From Sphyrna mokarran (lineage: Eukaryota): a stretch of DNA of 64,000 nucleotides. The position numbers were made by a program, and so were the translations under genes. Numbering within the stretch: the stretch's first letter is position 1; every line of letters begins with the position of its first letter. Location of the stretch: the NCBI GenBank assembly GCA_024679065.1, contig JAGIQG010000004.1, positions 21,452,001 to 21,516,000 on the forward strand, read 5' to 3'. This document shows positions 25,428 through 36,614 of the stretch, piece by piece. The notes beneath the pieces are model-generated. The model ran no database searches, was not told the DNA's origin, and saw nothing but the letters and a program-made list of their open reading frames with translations.

Positions 25428-25813
25428 AATCCATCATGCAAACCAGCCTCCCATCCACTGACTCTGTCTACACTTCTCATTGCCTTGGCAAAGCAGCCAG
25501 CATAATTAAGGACCCTACGCACCCAGATGTTCTCTCTTCCATCTTCTTCCTTTGGGAAAAAGATACAAAAGTCTGAGGTCATGTGCCAGCCAACTCAAGA
25601 ATAGCTTGTTCCCTGCTGCTGTCAGACTTTTGAATGGATTTACCCTGCATTAAACTGATTTTTCTCTACACTGTATGTATGACTGTAACACTGCATTCTG
25701 CACACTCTCCTTTCCTTCTCTATGAACGGTATATTTTGTCTGTATAGCACGCAAGAAACAATACTTTTCACTGTATGTTCATACATATGACAGTAACAAA
25801 CCAAATCAAATCA
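25428..25813 (+). mobile_element. Rex1-like LINE 3' fragment
   Basis: KAASIIKDPTHP..LPLGKRYKSL..LKNSLFPAAVRLLN plus caaatcaaatca tail. Confidence 0.85.
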
Positions 25814-25904
25814 AAAATGGTCTTCTCCAGCTCCAATCTTCCATGTCTTTATGCAAACATGAACCTTTGAATTCTGAGTTTATTTTCAAAAATTCCAACA
25901 TTCT

Positions 25905-26040
25905 GGAGTGAATTTTCCCATCCTGCTCAGCACAAGAATTGGAGCAAGCGAGGGGCACGGATCATGAAAATGTCAGTTGAAATGGGGAGTGGGGGGGAAT
26001 TGTCCGGTTTCATGATAAGCCAGGCCAGAAAATTCTGCCC
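25905..26040. mobile_element. Harbinger-like MITE with 3-bp TSD (TCT)
   Basis: ggagtgaattttccc / agaaaattctgccc, with tct on both sides. Confidence 0.8.
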
Positions 26041-26082
26041 TCTGTTCTTGGTGAGCCTGTTACACAGCTCCTGTTCAGAATG

Positions 26083-26410
26083 AGGGCAGCATAGTAACAT
26101 AGTGGTTAGCACTGGTGCTTCACAGCTCCGGGGACTTGGGTTCGATTCCCAGCTTGGGTCACTGTCTATGTGGAGTTTGCACATTCTCCTCGTGTCTGTG
26201 TGGGTTTGCTCCCACAGTCCAAAGACATGCAGGTTAGGTTGATCGGCCGTGCTAAAATTTCCCCTTAGTGTCCTGAGATGTGTAGGTTAGAAGGATTAAT
26301 GGGTAAATGTGTAGGGATTTGGGGGTCAGGCCTAGGTGGGATTGTGGGCGGTGCAGACTCAATGGGCTAGGTGGCCTCTTTCTGCACTGTAGGGTTCTAT
26401 GAATCTATGA
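26083..26410 (+). mobile_element. HE1-like V-SINE type A, full length
   Basis: A and B boxes (tagtggttagc, gggttcgattccc); tail ctgcactgtagggttctatgaatctatga. Confidence 0.92.
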
Positions 26411-27016
26411 GTTGTGCAAAACATCAGATGTGTATGAGATAATCATTGTGAATGCTTTGCTCCTGTTTCATATGCAATTACAACATACCTTCAGCACAAT
26501 ATTAAATATTTTAAAAGTTTGCCGTAGCTATTCAAAAGTGGCACTCAGATAAATGTAATTGCATCCTTGTCTCCATTAACGTCTTTCAGCATTTTAATTC
26601 CTAGGAGTTTTTTTCCTAATTTAATTTACTATTACCTCTGGAAACGAGTGCGGCTTACCACATGTGTGTAATGCTTGAAATTGCTTGAAGTAGCTTATGG
26701 TCTGGTTCAGTATCTGCTAAAAGGCGGTGGCTCTATTCCCATTGCAGGTATTGTCTTTTGATATTACATTTCAACAAATAGTGGATTGTCAGAGTGAACA
26801 ATAATTCATTCATATTAATCACTAAACCTAATATCCCAATATTTCAATGCTAGCAGTTTGGTTTTAAACCTCAGGAACGCATCACAGACTAACACTACTT
26901 GAGGCATGGGTCATCATAAAGTTAAATAAAGTAAACTGTAGTGCTGTTTAAGTGCATTTCAGTACATTTAAAGTTCTAATACTGACGTTACTGAGTATTT
27001 TATCCATGTAACCCAT

Positions 27017-27655
27017 GGGTGACACAGTGGTTATCACTGCTGCCTCACAGTACCAGGGACCAGGGTTCAATTCCTGGCTTAGGTCACTGTCTATGCAGAG
27101 TCTGCATGTTTTCTCTGTGTCTGCATGGGTTTCTTCCAGGTGCTCCAGTTTTCTCCCATAGTCCGAAAGTTGTGCTGTTTAGGTTCCATGCTAAATTCTC
27201 CCTCGGGTATCCAAACAGGCCTCAGAGCACGACGAATAAGGGATTTTCACAATAACTGAATTGCAGTATAATGCAAGCCTACTTGTATCATAGAAATTCT
27301 ACAGTACAGAAGGAAGCCAATTGGCCTATGGAATCTGCACTGACCACAATCCCACCCAGGCCCTACTACCACGTTCCTACATATTTACCCACTAACCCCT
27401 TCACCTATGCATCTCAGAACACTAAGGGCAATTTTGACACAGCCAGTCAATCAAACCTGCACATCTTTGGGTTGTGGGTGGAAATCAGAGCATCTGGAGG
27501 AAACCCATGCAAACACGAGGAGAATGTGCAAATTCCATGCAGACAGTGACCCAAGCCAGGAGTCGAACCCAGGTCCCTGGAGCTGTGAAGCAGCAGTGCT
27601 AACCACTGTGCTATCGTGCCATCCAGTATTGTGAGTAATAAATGAACTCTAACTT
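27017..27655 (+). mobile_element. V-SINE type B with a type A SINE nested in its tail
   Basis: Tail breaks at gcctacttgt (27287) and resumes as ttgtgagtaataaatgaact after 27625. Confidence 0.85.
27288..27624 (-). mobile_element. V-SINE type A, full length, nested
   Basis: atcatagaaattctacagtacagaagg ... aaccactgtgctatcgtgccatcc. Confidence 0.9.
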
Positions 27656-28493
27656 TAACCGCTGACTCAGATTCTACAAGAATACTGAGCAAAATAAAAC
27701 TGCTATCATTAGGTAAGTATGCTCATCAGCAGGAGAGGTTTGACAATGTCTGCATCAGTAATCCTAGTGTAACATGCGACTTATGTCAGATAACCATTTA
27801 GAAATATGTGGGAGCTGGTCCACAATTTAGAGATTTTGTGGATGGGATGGCAGAAAGGAAATGGAATATAAATCGCTGAACATGCTTGCCTGTGCTCTGT
27901 GTCTAATAGGCACACAGGGCAGAGGAGTCGAGAAGAATACCGTTGATTCCATCACAGTCACTTCATCTTCCTCGGTCTTGTGCCACTTGTCAGGCACGTG
28001 TGGGGTCATGTTTCGGCATTTGGTTGTCCTTAGCTACTTGTGATTTGCCTCCGTGTCGTTGAAGCTTAAGGAAGTGGATGTTATACATGAGAAGTGACAG
28101 CTTTTTGAAATGTTCACTCTTCCAAACAAATGCCATTGCTTTGAAGCTTGCTTTTCAGTCACTCTTGTTCTGCCTTTCTGTTTGGCAGTAGTTTATAAAT
28201 TTATAGATTAAGTTGATATCAATTCTGTAACATCTAAAAGTATAGTGTCCCATTTGCTGGCATGTAATCTGACAGTGAGAACTTGTTCCAAAATAAAATT
28301 GACAAATTCATTCAGGTTTGGTCCTTCAGTAATGCCACTGATTTGCAGATTATAAAATCCTTTGAGCTAATTCTGAACTTTAGTAGGTTAGTAAATGCCT
28401 GCTACTTGCTCAGATACCTTTTAAAGATATTTTGAGAAAAATAAAACTATGCCAGAAAAAAAATCTTTAAAATTGATTGTTAAAAAAATCTTC

Positions 28494-28702
28494 TGAGGGT
28501 TAAGTGTAATTAGTAAGCAGAGGTTAAGATTGGTTTAGGTTTGTTTCCGAGAGGGGTAAGTGTAGCTAGGAAACAGAGGCTAAATTGATTTAGATTTTGG
28601 AGAGGGATAAGGGTAATTAGGAAGCAGAGGTTAAGATTAGTTTAGGTTTCAGAGAGGGGTAAGTGTAATTAGAAAGTAGAGGGCAGGGTTGGTTTAGGTT
28701 TC
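28494..28702. repeat. Degenerate minisatellite, 4 copies of a ~50-56 bp unit
   Basis: Unit gaggggtaagtgtaattaggaagcagaggttaagattggtttaggttt. Confidence 0.9.
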
Positions 28703-29029
28703 ATTTTTTAAAAATTATTTCAATATCTATGCAACAAATGATGCAAATAAAGTATCAGCTTTCTGTCACTTTATTCTGCATTCCAGGAATTGTTAATCTT
28801 GCCCCACATGTTTAAAGAGGTTAATAATGAACTATTGAAAGTTCCTTCCCGTCAGCCGCTCAGGCCCAATGGCATCACAGACTACCTAGAAACTTAGTTC
28901 CAAAAAGGTAAACTTGTGTGCCGTACTTGACTAGGCAAACTTTATATTTTGTATAGTAACATTGTAGAGGGAAATGTTTCTTGCACTCTATCCATTCACC
29001 TCCATGATTAGCTTAGTGTGTGGACACCT

Positions 29030-29158
29030 ATGTCTGTATTTTACGACCTCGCCTGCTCGAGGTTTGTAAGGTTCTGCCCTCAGGTTAATGGAGAGTGCCA
29101 TTCTGCGAGTCTCTCTGTCCCAATTCTGGGGTGGGCAAGGCGGTAAAATCCCGGCCCT
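29030..29158. mobile_element. Harbinger-like MITE
   Basis: Ends ggcggtaaaatcccggccc; homologous to 10715-10862. Confidence 0.6.
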
Positions 29159-29299
29159 CAGCTCAACTTGACAAAACAGCATTTTAATAGCTTCTGCAGA
29201 ACTATCACCACCTGTGCCTTAGCATGAATGGGTAGTTTCAAGTGAGAGAAAATGCCATTCATTCCTCCTCTAGGCACATCTTTTGGTGCTTTATTGCTC

Positions 29300-30225
29300 C
29301 CATTACCACTCCCTTTGGCCTTGCACCATGAATCCTTTTGGCATTCAATCCTACCTACTTCACAGTATTTCATAGATCTCCCCTTGTGTTCTTTTCGCCA
29401 TCCTTTCCCCAAACACTGGATAATCAGGATAAACAATAATTCATTATTAATACGCTAAGCCTGAATATTCCAATCCTTAATACTGGCAATTCAGTTTTAA
29501 ATGTCAGGAACACATCACAAACGGGCACCCCTTGAGGTACCTTTCCCCTTGTACTTGCCTAAAACATCTCCAGTCTTTCCCACTTCTGATGAAAAGTCAT
29601 CAATCTGGGATTTTGGGGATGATTCCCCGGGGTCATTAGCCCCAGCCAGGAATCCCATTGGCCCACTGAATTGGGCGAGAGAGCCAAATCAGGATTATTG
29701 TGGGGGTGGGGGCGGGCGGAGCAGAGTGTCCAATCTGTTGCGAGTCTCCTGGTATGCTGCATCTGCCCCGATCAGATTCTCGTCCAGACTCGGCTTGTAA
29801 GTGAGGGAGAAATCCGGGTCACCCTCGTACCAATATGTTAAGGAAGGGGAGCTTACCCTCAATTGTGATAAATGGTTGGGCATGCTCCCTTTGTGTGCAG
29901 GGGTTTGTAATGTCCATGGTGGGTTCCGGTTGGGGACTGGACTCTCAAGATCGATGGTGCTCTGATCTCTGTAAAGCCAAGCTTGCCGGCGTGTATCACA
30001 TTGGAGACTTTCTTTGCAGTCAAAGAATGCCACCTGGCTAGTGCTGCCAACACCAACAGGAACATTTGGATTTTGTCGCTGGCAACAGCATTTAGATTAT
30101 TTTGGGGAGGAACGTGGCTATTAGCTCTATTCCTCTTCCCACAGATGTTGCCTCCCTGCTACGTATTTCCAGCACTTTCTATTTTCATTTCAGATTTCCA
30201 GCATCTGCAGTATTTTGCATCTGTA
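29300..30225 (+). mobile_element. Penelope-like terminal repeat split by a ~500-bp MITE-like insertion (29613-30119)
   Basis: cttctgatgaaaagtcatcaatctgggatt [insert] attagctctattcctcttcccacagatgttgcc..atttccagcactttctatttt. Confidence 0.65.
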
Positions 30226-30814
30226 ATAAATGTTTGGACAGATCATTTTGTGTTAATCCTTTCATTTTTAAACAGGCAGATAGTGCAACCGGATAGATGT
30301 TATTAAACATGCAAGCTGATAGCTGGACTATACTTAATTTTAAAAAAAAATGTGGAAATAAGGATGTTAATATAGTAATTCCCTAACCTTACTGGTCTAA
30401 GATCAGTGGCCTGTGACGATCCTTCTTGTGCATTAGCTTTCACGATTAGCCACTCATGATGTGGGGCAGGCAATGGTTGGCAGTATAAAAGTCATTGACA
30501 AAGCAATCAAACAGAGATTGGCGCCTACTGATGTCACAGTGTGCAGGGGTGTGCTTAACAGCTGGAAAGGTTTTTAATACAGTTTAAATAAACTTCCACC
30601 AGTAATTAAACTAACCTTGACTGTAAGACTAACTTGCTATCCCTCAGGTTATAGATGTGATCTTGGGGCCACTAACTGTTACAGCTCTGATGCAATCAAT
30701 ATTTGTAATATGTGGAATAATGCGTATATTTGAAATTTTTAAAACACGTCCATTCTTTTGGTTGAACTATGCAATAGCTACTCTCTGTTTCTTCTCATAT
30801 ACACTGGCACGTTT

Positions 30815-31114
30815 TAAGTTTAAAGTTTATTTATTAGTGTCGTAGGCTTACATTAATTCTGCAATGAAGTTACTGTGGAAATCTTTGAGTTGCCACAGTC
30901 CGAGTTGCCTCAGTTTTGGGTAAACTGAGAGAGAACTTTGCATGGCAATGCATCTTAACCAGCATGTCTGAAAGGGAGGAAACTGGAGCACCTGGAGGAA
31001 ACCCATGCAGATACGAGGAGAACATGCAAACTCCGCACAGATAGTGACCCAAGCCGGGAATCGAGTCTGGGTCCCTGGCGCTGTGAGGCCACAGTGCTAA
31101 CCACTGTGCCACGC
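30815..31114 (-). mobile_element. V-SINE type B
   Basis: Head, core and tail present. Confidence 0.9.
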
Positions 31115-32421
31115 ATGATGGTTGTGACCTAATTTTGAAATATTCCTGCAATACTCTGCTTTGTAAGTAAAGATGACCATCATGCTTGCCTTAAAACACA
31201 CTACTCACACAAAACGCCAGGAATTTTATTTTGAATGACTTGTAACATTTAGTCAGATACACAGTTTCATGAAAAGCGCCAAAATCTGAAACAGCAGACT
31301 GGAGTTGCAATGTGTACTTGTGTGTGGGCACAATGTAATTTAAAACCAGTATTCCTCCACCTTTGTCTTGTATTTTTAAACAAGCCTTGCAGCAAATGGC
31401 ATCTGCTGGCTAGAAATTGATTACATTAATTGATATGCCAATAAATGATCTTGTTATATCCGCCATTGGTTAGGAAGATGGGTAACAAGTCACACTGATC
31501 AATGGAACCAATAAAGATTTCATCCATTAATGAGCAACACAGTAATTAATGTTATCCATAAACCAATTAGGCCTGGTAGAAAATGTACTAGTTCATGCTG
31601 AAAGTTGCTTAGACATCTGAGTATCATTGTGGATGTTTAATACCAGAACTTAACAAGCAGATTGTTGTTTAATTTTGATTGTGCTGTTGTTTGTTCATCA
31701 ATAGTTCCTGAATACCGGCGAGAGGGAGTGACAGTTCTACACAGTGCTGCTGTATATTCCATCGGTACTAATGGTGTGTGTGTGAGGAGGAGTTGGGGGG
31801 GGAAGCCCCCTATGCGTGAAGTGTACATGACAGAATAAAAAGGAAATGAGCGGATAAATGTGAAATAAGTAAGCTGTTCAGTGGTGGGGAATGTCGATGC
31901 CTACACCTGCTCAAGATTTTTCTTTGAATTGTTAGATATTGACCCTCAGGACCCCTGTGGATTTCCTAATTGAAAATTAATATTGGATCAATGCAGCAAG
32001 TCATTTGCATATTGATCATAAACAACTTTGAAGGCACAAACTATGTGGAAAAGACCAGCTGGATCAATAGGGCCCTTCAGTAGACTTCAGTGTAGTACAT
32101 CACATTACACCACACTGCACTAAAGGTTAATGACTCAGAGCAGTTAAGTACCATTGTTGCACAGAATCTGCAGAGGGAGGTTTTCTTTGTAGCGCAGTGG
32201 AAAATTGACGTGTCAACTTTAAACCTGGAGTGAAATGTGAAAATGTGTGAACATAGTAGCCATAACGATTCTGACTTGTGGAATTTAAACAAATGAAGGA
32301 AACCCGTTCTCAATGTTTAGTTTGTTGCGGGTATTTCAAACAGATAATACAGGCAGGACTTCATCACCTCTACAGTGTCCATTTATGAAATGGACATTCT
32401 ATTTAGCTCAGCAGCATCATA

Positions 32422-32745
32422 CAGAACAAAGAACAAAGGAAATTATAGCACAGGAACAGGACCTTCGGCCCTCCAAACCTGCACCAACCAGGATGCTCGA
32501 CTGAACTAAAACTCCCTATTCTTCCAGGGACTATTTCCCTTTATTCCAATCCTATTCATGTAATTGTCAAGATACCCCTTACAAGTCACTATAGTATCTG
32601 CTTCCACTATCTCCCCCAGCAGCTCGTTCCAGACACCCATCGCCCTCTGTGTAAAAGTTTTGCCTCGTGCATTTCCTTTAAACCTTGTCCTTGGCACCTT
32701 AATCCTATGCCATTTGATAATTCACTGTCTCACCCTGTGAAAAAG
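32422..32745 (-). mobile_element. CR1 LINE 3' fragment
   Basis: FTQRAMGVWNELLGEIVEADTI; tail (ttctttg)n. Confidence 0.85.
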
Positions 32746-32966
32746 CTGTGCAATGCTGAAGTCTAAATACTTATTATTAGAAGAAAAGAAGATCGTTTTC
32801 AAAGCCAACTCAGCTTCACATTCAGGCTGGGATAACAGGATGGTAATCAGAAGCAGAAAGTCTGACTAATTTTTGCCAGCTCCTGCGAATTGAGATACTC
32901 TAGTTGAAATATGTGTTCGTTTCAATCAAGCTTTTTCCAGAATATCCATTCATGAGTGCTGATGAG

Positions 32967-33247
32967 GGTGGCATGGTGGCACAGTGGCTAGCACTGCTGC
33001 TCACTGCACCAGGGACCCAGGTTTGATTCTCGGTTTGGGTCACTGTCTGTGCAGAGTCTGCACATTCTCCCTGTATCTGTGTGGGTTTCCTCTGCATGCT
33101 CTGATTTCCTCCCACAGTCAAAGCAAGTACTGGTTAGGTGCATTGTACCCAAACAGGCACCGGAGTGTGGTGACTCAGGGATGTTCACTGTAACCTCATC
33201 ATTGCAGTGTTAATGTCAACCTACTTATGACACAAGTAAATAAACTT
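32967..33247 (+). mobile_element. V-SINE type B
   Basis: gggtggcatggtggcacagtggctagcactgctgc ... aaataaactt. Confidence 0.9.
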
Positions 33248-33548
33248 GAAGCTGATAAAATATTTGTTGATGATAATGTACTTTGGAAGCCAATGTGCAT
33301 CAGTTTTGCTTTGGTTTCACTGATTCCGTAGCATCTGATCCTGACTGGATTTTTAAATGAAAGTTGTGTTCTTTTCAGTGGAAATAATGTTTCCTAAATG
33401 GACAACTCCAGGGATTAACAACCTTTACTGTGAGAATTTATTGGTGAGAGCACCCCACAAAATGAGAAGTCAGCACCCTGAATTTCAGCGGGATTGCTCA
33501 CATTCTCCCACCCTGAACCTGCAGAAAAATAACACAGCTGGCTAATTA

Positions 33549-33846
33549 AGTTAATTTTTATTAGTGTCACAAGTAAGCTTACATTAACATTGCAATGAAG
33601 TTACTATAGAAACCCCCTACTTGCCACAATCTGGCACCTGTTCGGGTACACTGAGGGAGGATTTAGCATGGCCAATGCACCTAACCAACATGTCTGTTGG
33701 ACTGTGGGAGGAAACTGGTGTACCCGGAGGAAACCCACGCTCACAGGGAGAATGTGTAAACTCCACACAGTGACCCAAGGCAGGAATCAAACCCAGATCC
33801 CTGGTACAGTGAGGCAGCAGTGCTAACTACTGTGCCACCATGCCGA
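33549..33846 (-). mobile_element. V-SINE type B
   Basis: Full copy, tail-to-tail with 32967-33247. Confidence 0.9.
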
Positions 33847-34315
33847 TTCTCCCAAATGCTCTGCCGATCTCCACCCAAGATTATGACAGGAAATTGGGAA
33901 CGTTGGCCCAATATCAAGTGTTGATTAAAAAAAATAATTTGGTGGAGGCATGATGGTGATAATTCATCCATTTATGTGCAGTCTAGATATGTGAGTTATT
34001 GCAGAAAGTTAATGTAATAACATTAAGCCTTAACATTTACATTGCATCCTTTGAATCACAATGACTTCAATGTAGGCCAACGAACAAGCAAGTTTGAGCT
34101 CAGCAAGGTCACACAATTAGCAACATGATGTCTGGTGCAAATGAATTTGAACTATTTTTGGTGGTTTTAGATGACAGAAGAATGATAGTTAGGACTCTCA
34201 GAACTCTCTGCTCAGCTTCAAATGATTCCATTTGATTTTTATTTGTGTCAGCTTGTGCGGCCAGACACGTATAGGTGTAAAATCTTGTCCAAAGGACAGT
34301 GCTTCTGATGCTGCA

Positions 34316-34660
34316 GCAGTGCTTAACAATCAGTCTCAATCATGGATTCAGGCCCATTTCATGGAATTGAACCCACAACCTTTTAGGGTAAGAGTGCTCC
34401 TTAACTGATCAAGATAAAAACCATGTTCATTTGTTGCATTTTTGTTATTTGCGACTCGGGAATATTTTTGAATGGCTGACTGAAATGCCAGCTTCTGTTT
34501 TATAACCAGATATTTGGTGGTTTTTTGCATCTGGCAGCAGTCTGAAGATTGTCCAAAATGTGATTTGTTACCATCCTTAACTTTTACTCTTAGATTTAAA
34601 GGTTATCGGTCCAATTCCATAAGCTTGAATCTATGATTGAGACTGACTATTAAGCACTGC
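34316..34660. repeat. Imperfect inverted repeat of DeuSINE-head-like sequence (arms about 34316-34395 and 34586-34660)
   Basis: gcagtgcttaacaatcagtctcaatcatggattcag..atggaattgaacccacaaccttt versus the reverse complement of aaaggttatcggtccaattccataagcttgaatctatgattgagactgactattaagcactgc. Confidence 0.75.
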
Positions 34661-34929
34661 ATAGAAGGGATCTTAAGTTGAGAGTTGTTCATGTCAATCA
34701 GAAAAATAGAGGCAAATAAAACAAGCTAGAAGCAGGGATATTAATCAGGTTTGAAAGGCAGAGGGTACTTTTGTCCAAGGCCTTCACAGGCTTACAAAGA
34801 ATAGTGCAAGTAGCTGACACTTCAGGTCACTAACCAATCTGAAGCACAACACTTTTTTATTCCCAAGTTCAGCTGACTGAGAATCTCTTTGCAGCCAAAC
34901 TGCAGAATCGTGGAAGTATCGCATGGTAG

Positions 34930-35191
34930 CATCCCTACAATGCACAAGGAGGCCATTCAGCCCATCGGATCTGCACTCGCAGACCACGCATTTATCCTTC
35001 TAATCCTGTCTGACACTAAGTGGAAAGTCAGTCTAACCTGCACAACTTTGAAGTGCGGGAGGAAACTGGAGCACTAGGAAGAAACCCACACAGGCATAGG
35101 AAAAACATGCAAACGCTACACAGTCACTGGAGGCTGAAATTGAACCCGCATCCTGGCACTGTGAGGCAGCAGTGCTAACCACTTGCCACCA
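34930..35191 (-). mobile_element. V-SINE type A (internally deleted)
   Basis: atccctacaatgcacaaggaggcc ... gtgaggcagcagtgctaaccacttgccacc. Confidence 0.85.
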
Positions 35192-36212
35192 TTGAAATTA
35201 AGAAGTTGAAACAAGCAACAAAACATTCAACTTTATGCCACGGATAAGTAAAAGAGGACTAGCAATTGGCATAGTTGCCAAATAATGTTTTATTCCAGGA
35301 ACATTATACTGTATACATTTTTTTTAACTGAGAGTCATGCAAATTGATTTCATAACACTTTCAGATATGAAGAAAACAGAATTCTGGCATTTGTCCATAA
35401 ATATGCACAGGGCTCAGTTTACTTGTATTCCCGTGATGGTGGTATTTCTTGTGAGACTACAACACCTTTCTTTCTTGACTTGAGCTAAAACTTCCATGTT
35501 TGATTGAAACCTGGATATCTTCTACATCTTTAAAATATATAAATTTGTAACAATGAAATGAGGAAAGACTTTGTCAAACCCCAAAGTGTCAACGATTCAG
35601 TTGTGATTCTAACGTATGTGCATTTTACTTTGTAGTGTTGTTGAAATTGTTTTACAATGCTATAGAGTGCCTATCACAACTGTCCTGGAAGAGATAGACA
35701 ATATTTCACAATTGACTCTGAATAGATAAGTATAGGTTTTGGCCACACCTTGGCTGGATTCAGTAGGCAGCAATTTGACTGTTAAATAATCACACGTGAA
35801 TAAATGGCTCAGGAGATAGTGTTTATCAGAAAGCAGATACAGTTCTGGAAATGGGATTGATTCTGAAAGTGTCACTACATTTTTGATACTGAGCGTGTTA
35901 GCAATAATTAACATAGGAGTGGTGAACAATGGCACTAGAATCCAGTCTCCAAAGGACATTTGCATCCTTTTTTTTAATTTTAAAAATGGAGACATGAAAT
36001 GTGATTTTTCTTTTGGAACAACTGTTGTTCCACATCATTTCAGTGTGCATATTGCAATTTGAGATGATGCTTAAAACCTAAGACAGGATTTGGGGTTTTG
36101 GGTCAAGACAGTGCCATCCAGGTTTAAATGGGGGTCTCGACCCAGCAATGATTTTCCTTGACTTTCTCAATTATTGGCTAACAAACATAAATAACTTAAC
36201 AAGCTAAAGAGT

Positions 36213-36533
36213 GTGACACGGTGGGTAGCACTGCTACCTGACAGCTCCAGGGACCCAAGTTCAATTCTGGCCTCAGGTGATTATCTTTATGGAGATTGCC
36301 CATTCTCCCCATTTCTGCATGGGTTTCCTTCCATTTGCTCCCACATCTAAAAGATGTGCTGGTTTAGTCATTCTAAATTACTCCTTAGTGTCCCAAGACA
36401 TGTGAGTTAGGTGGATTAGCCATGGTAAATGTATAGGGTTACAAGCATAGGGGAGGGACAAAGGTCTGGATAAGTGAGAGAGCTGATACAAACTCGATGG
36501 GCTGAACTCTTTTGCACTTATAGGGATTCTATA
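36213..36533 (+). mobile_element. V-SINE type A (older copy)
   Basis: ggtgggtagcactgctacctgacagc ... tagggattctata. Confidence 0.85.
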
Positions 36534-36571
36534 ATTCAATGATTGTATAAACTTGTGAAGCTAATAGGAGC

Positions 36572-36614
36572 ACCCCCCCCCCCCCCCCCGCCACGCCACG
36601 CCACGCCACGCCAC
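36572..36614. repeat. Poly-C followed by (CCACG)n
   Basis: Seen directly in the sequence. Confidence 0.9.

Noticed and set aside
26083-26160. tRNA genes
   Set aside because: The A/B-box segments are SINE heads that continue into core and tail, with no complete cloverleaf.
27885-27925. Hairpin as a pre-miRNA
   Set aside because: The stem is only about 12 bp with a 3-nt loop and a bulge, too short for a Drosha/Dicer substrate.
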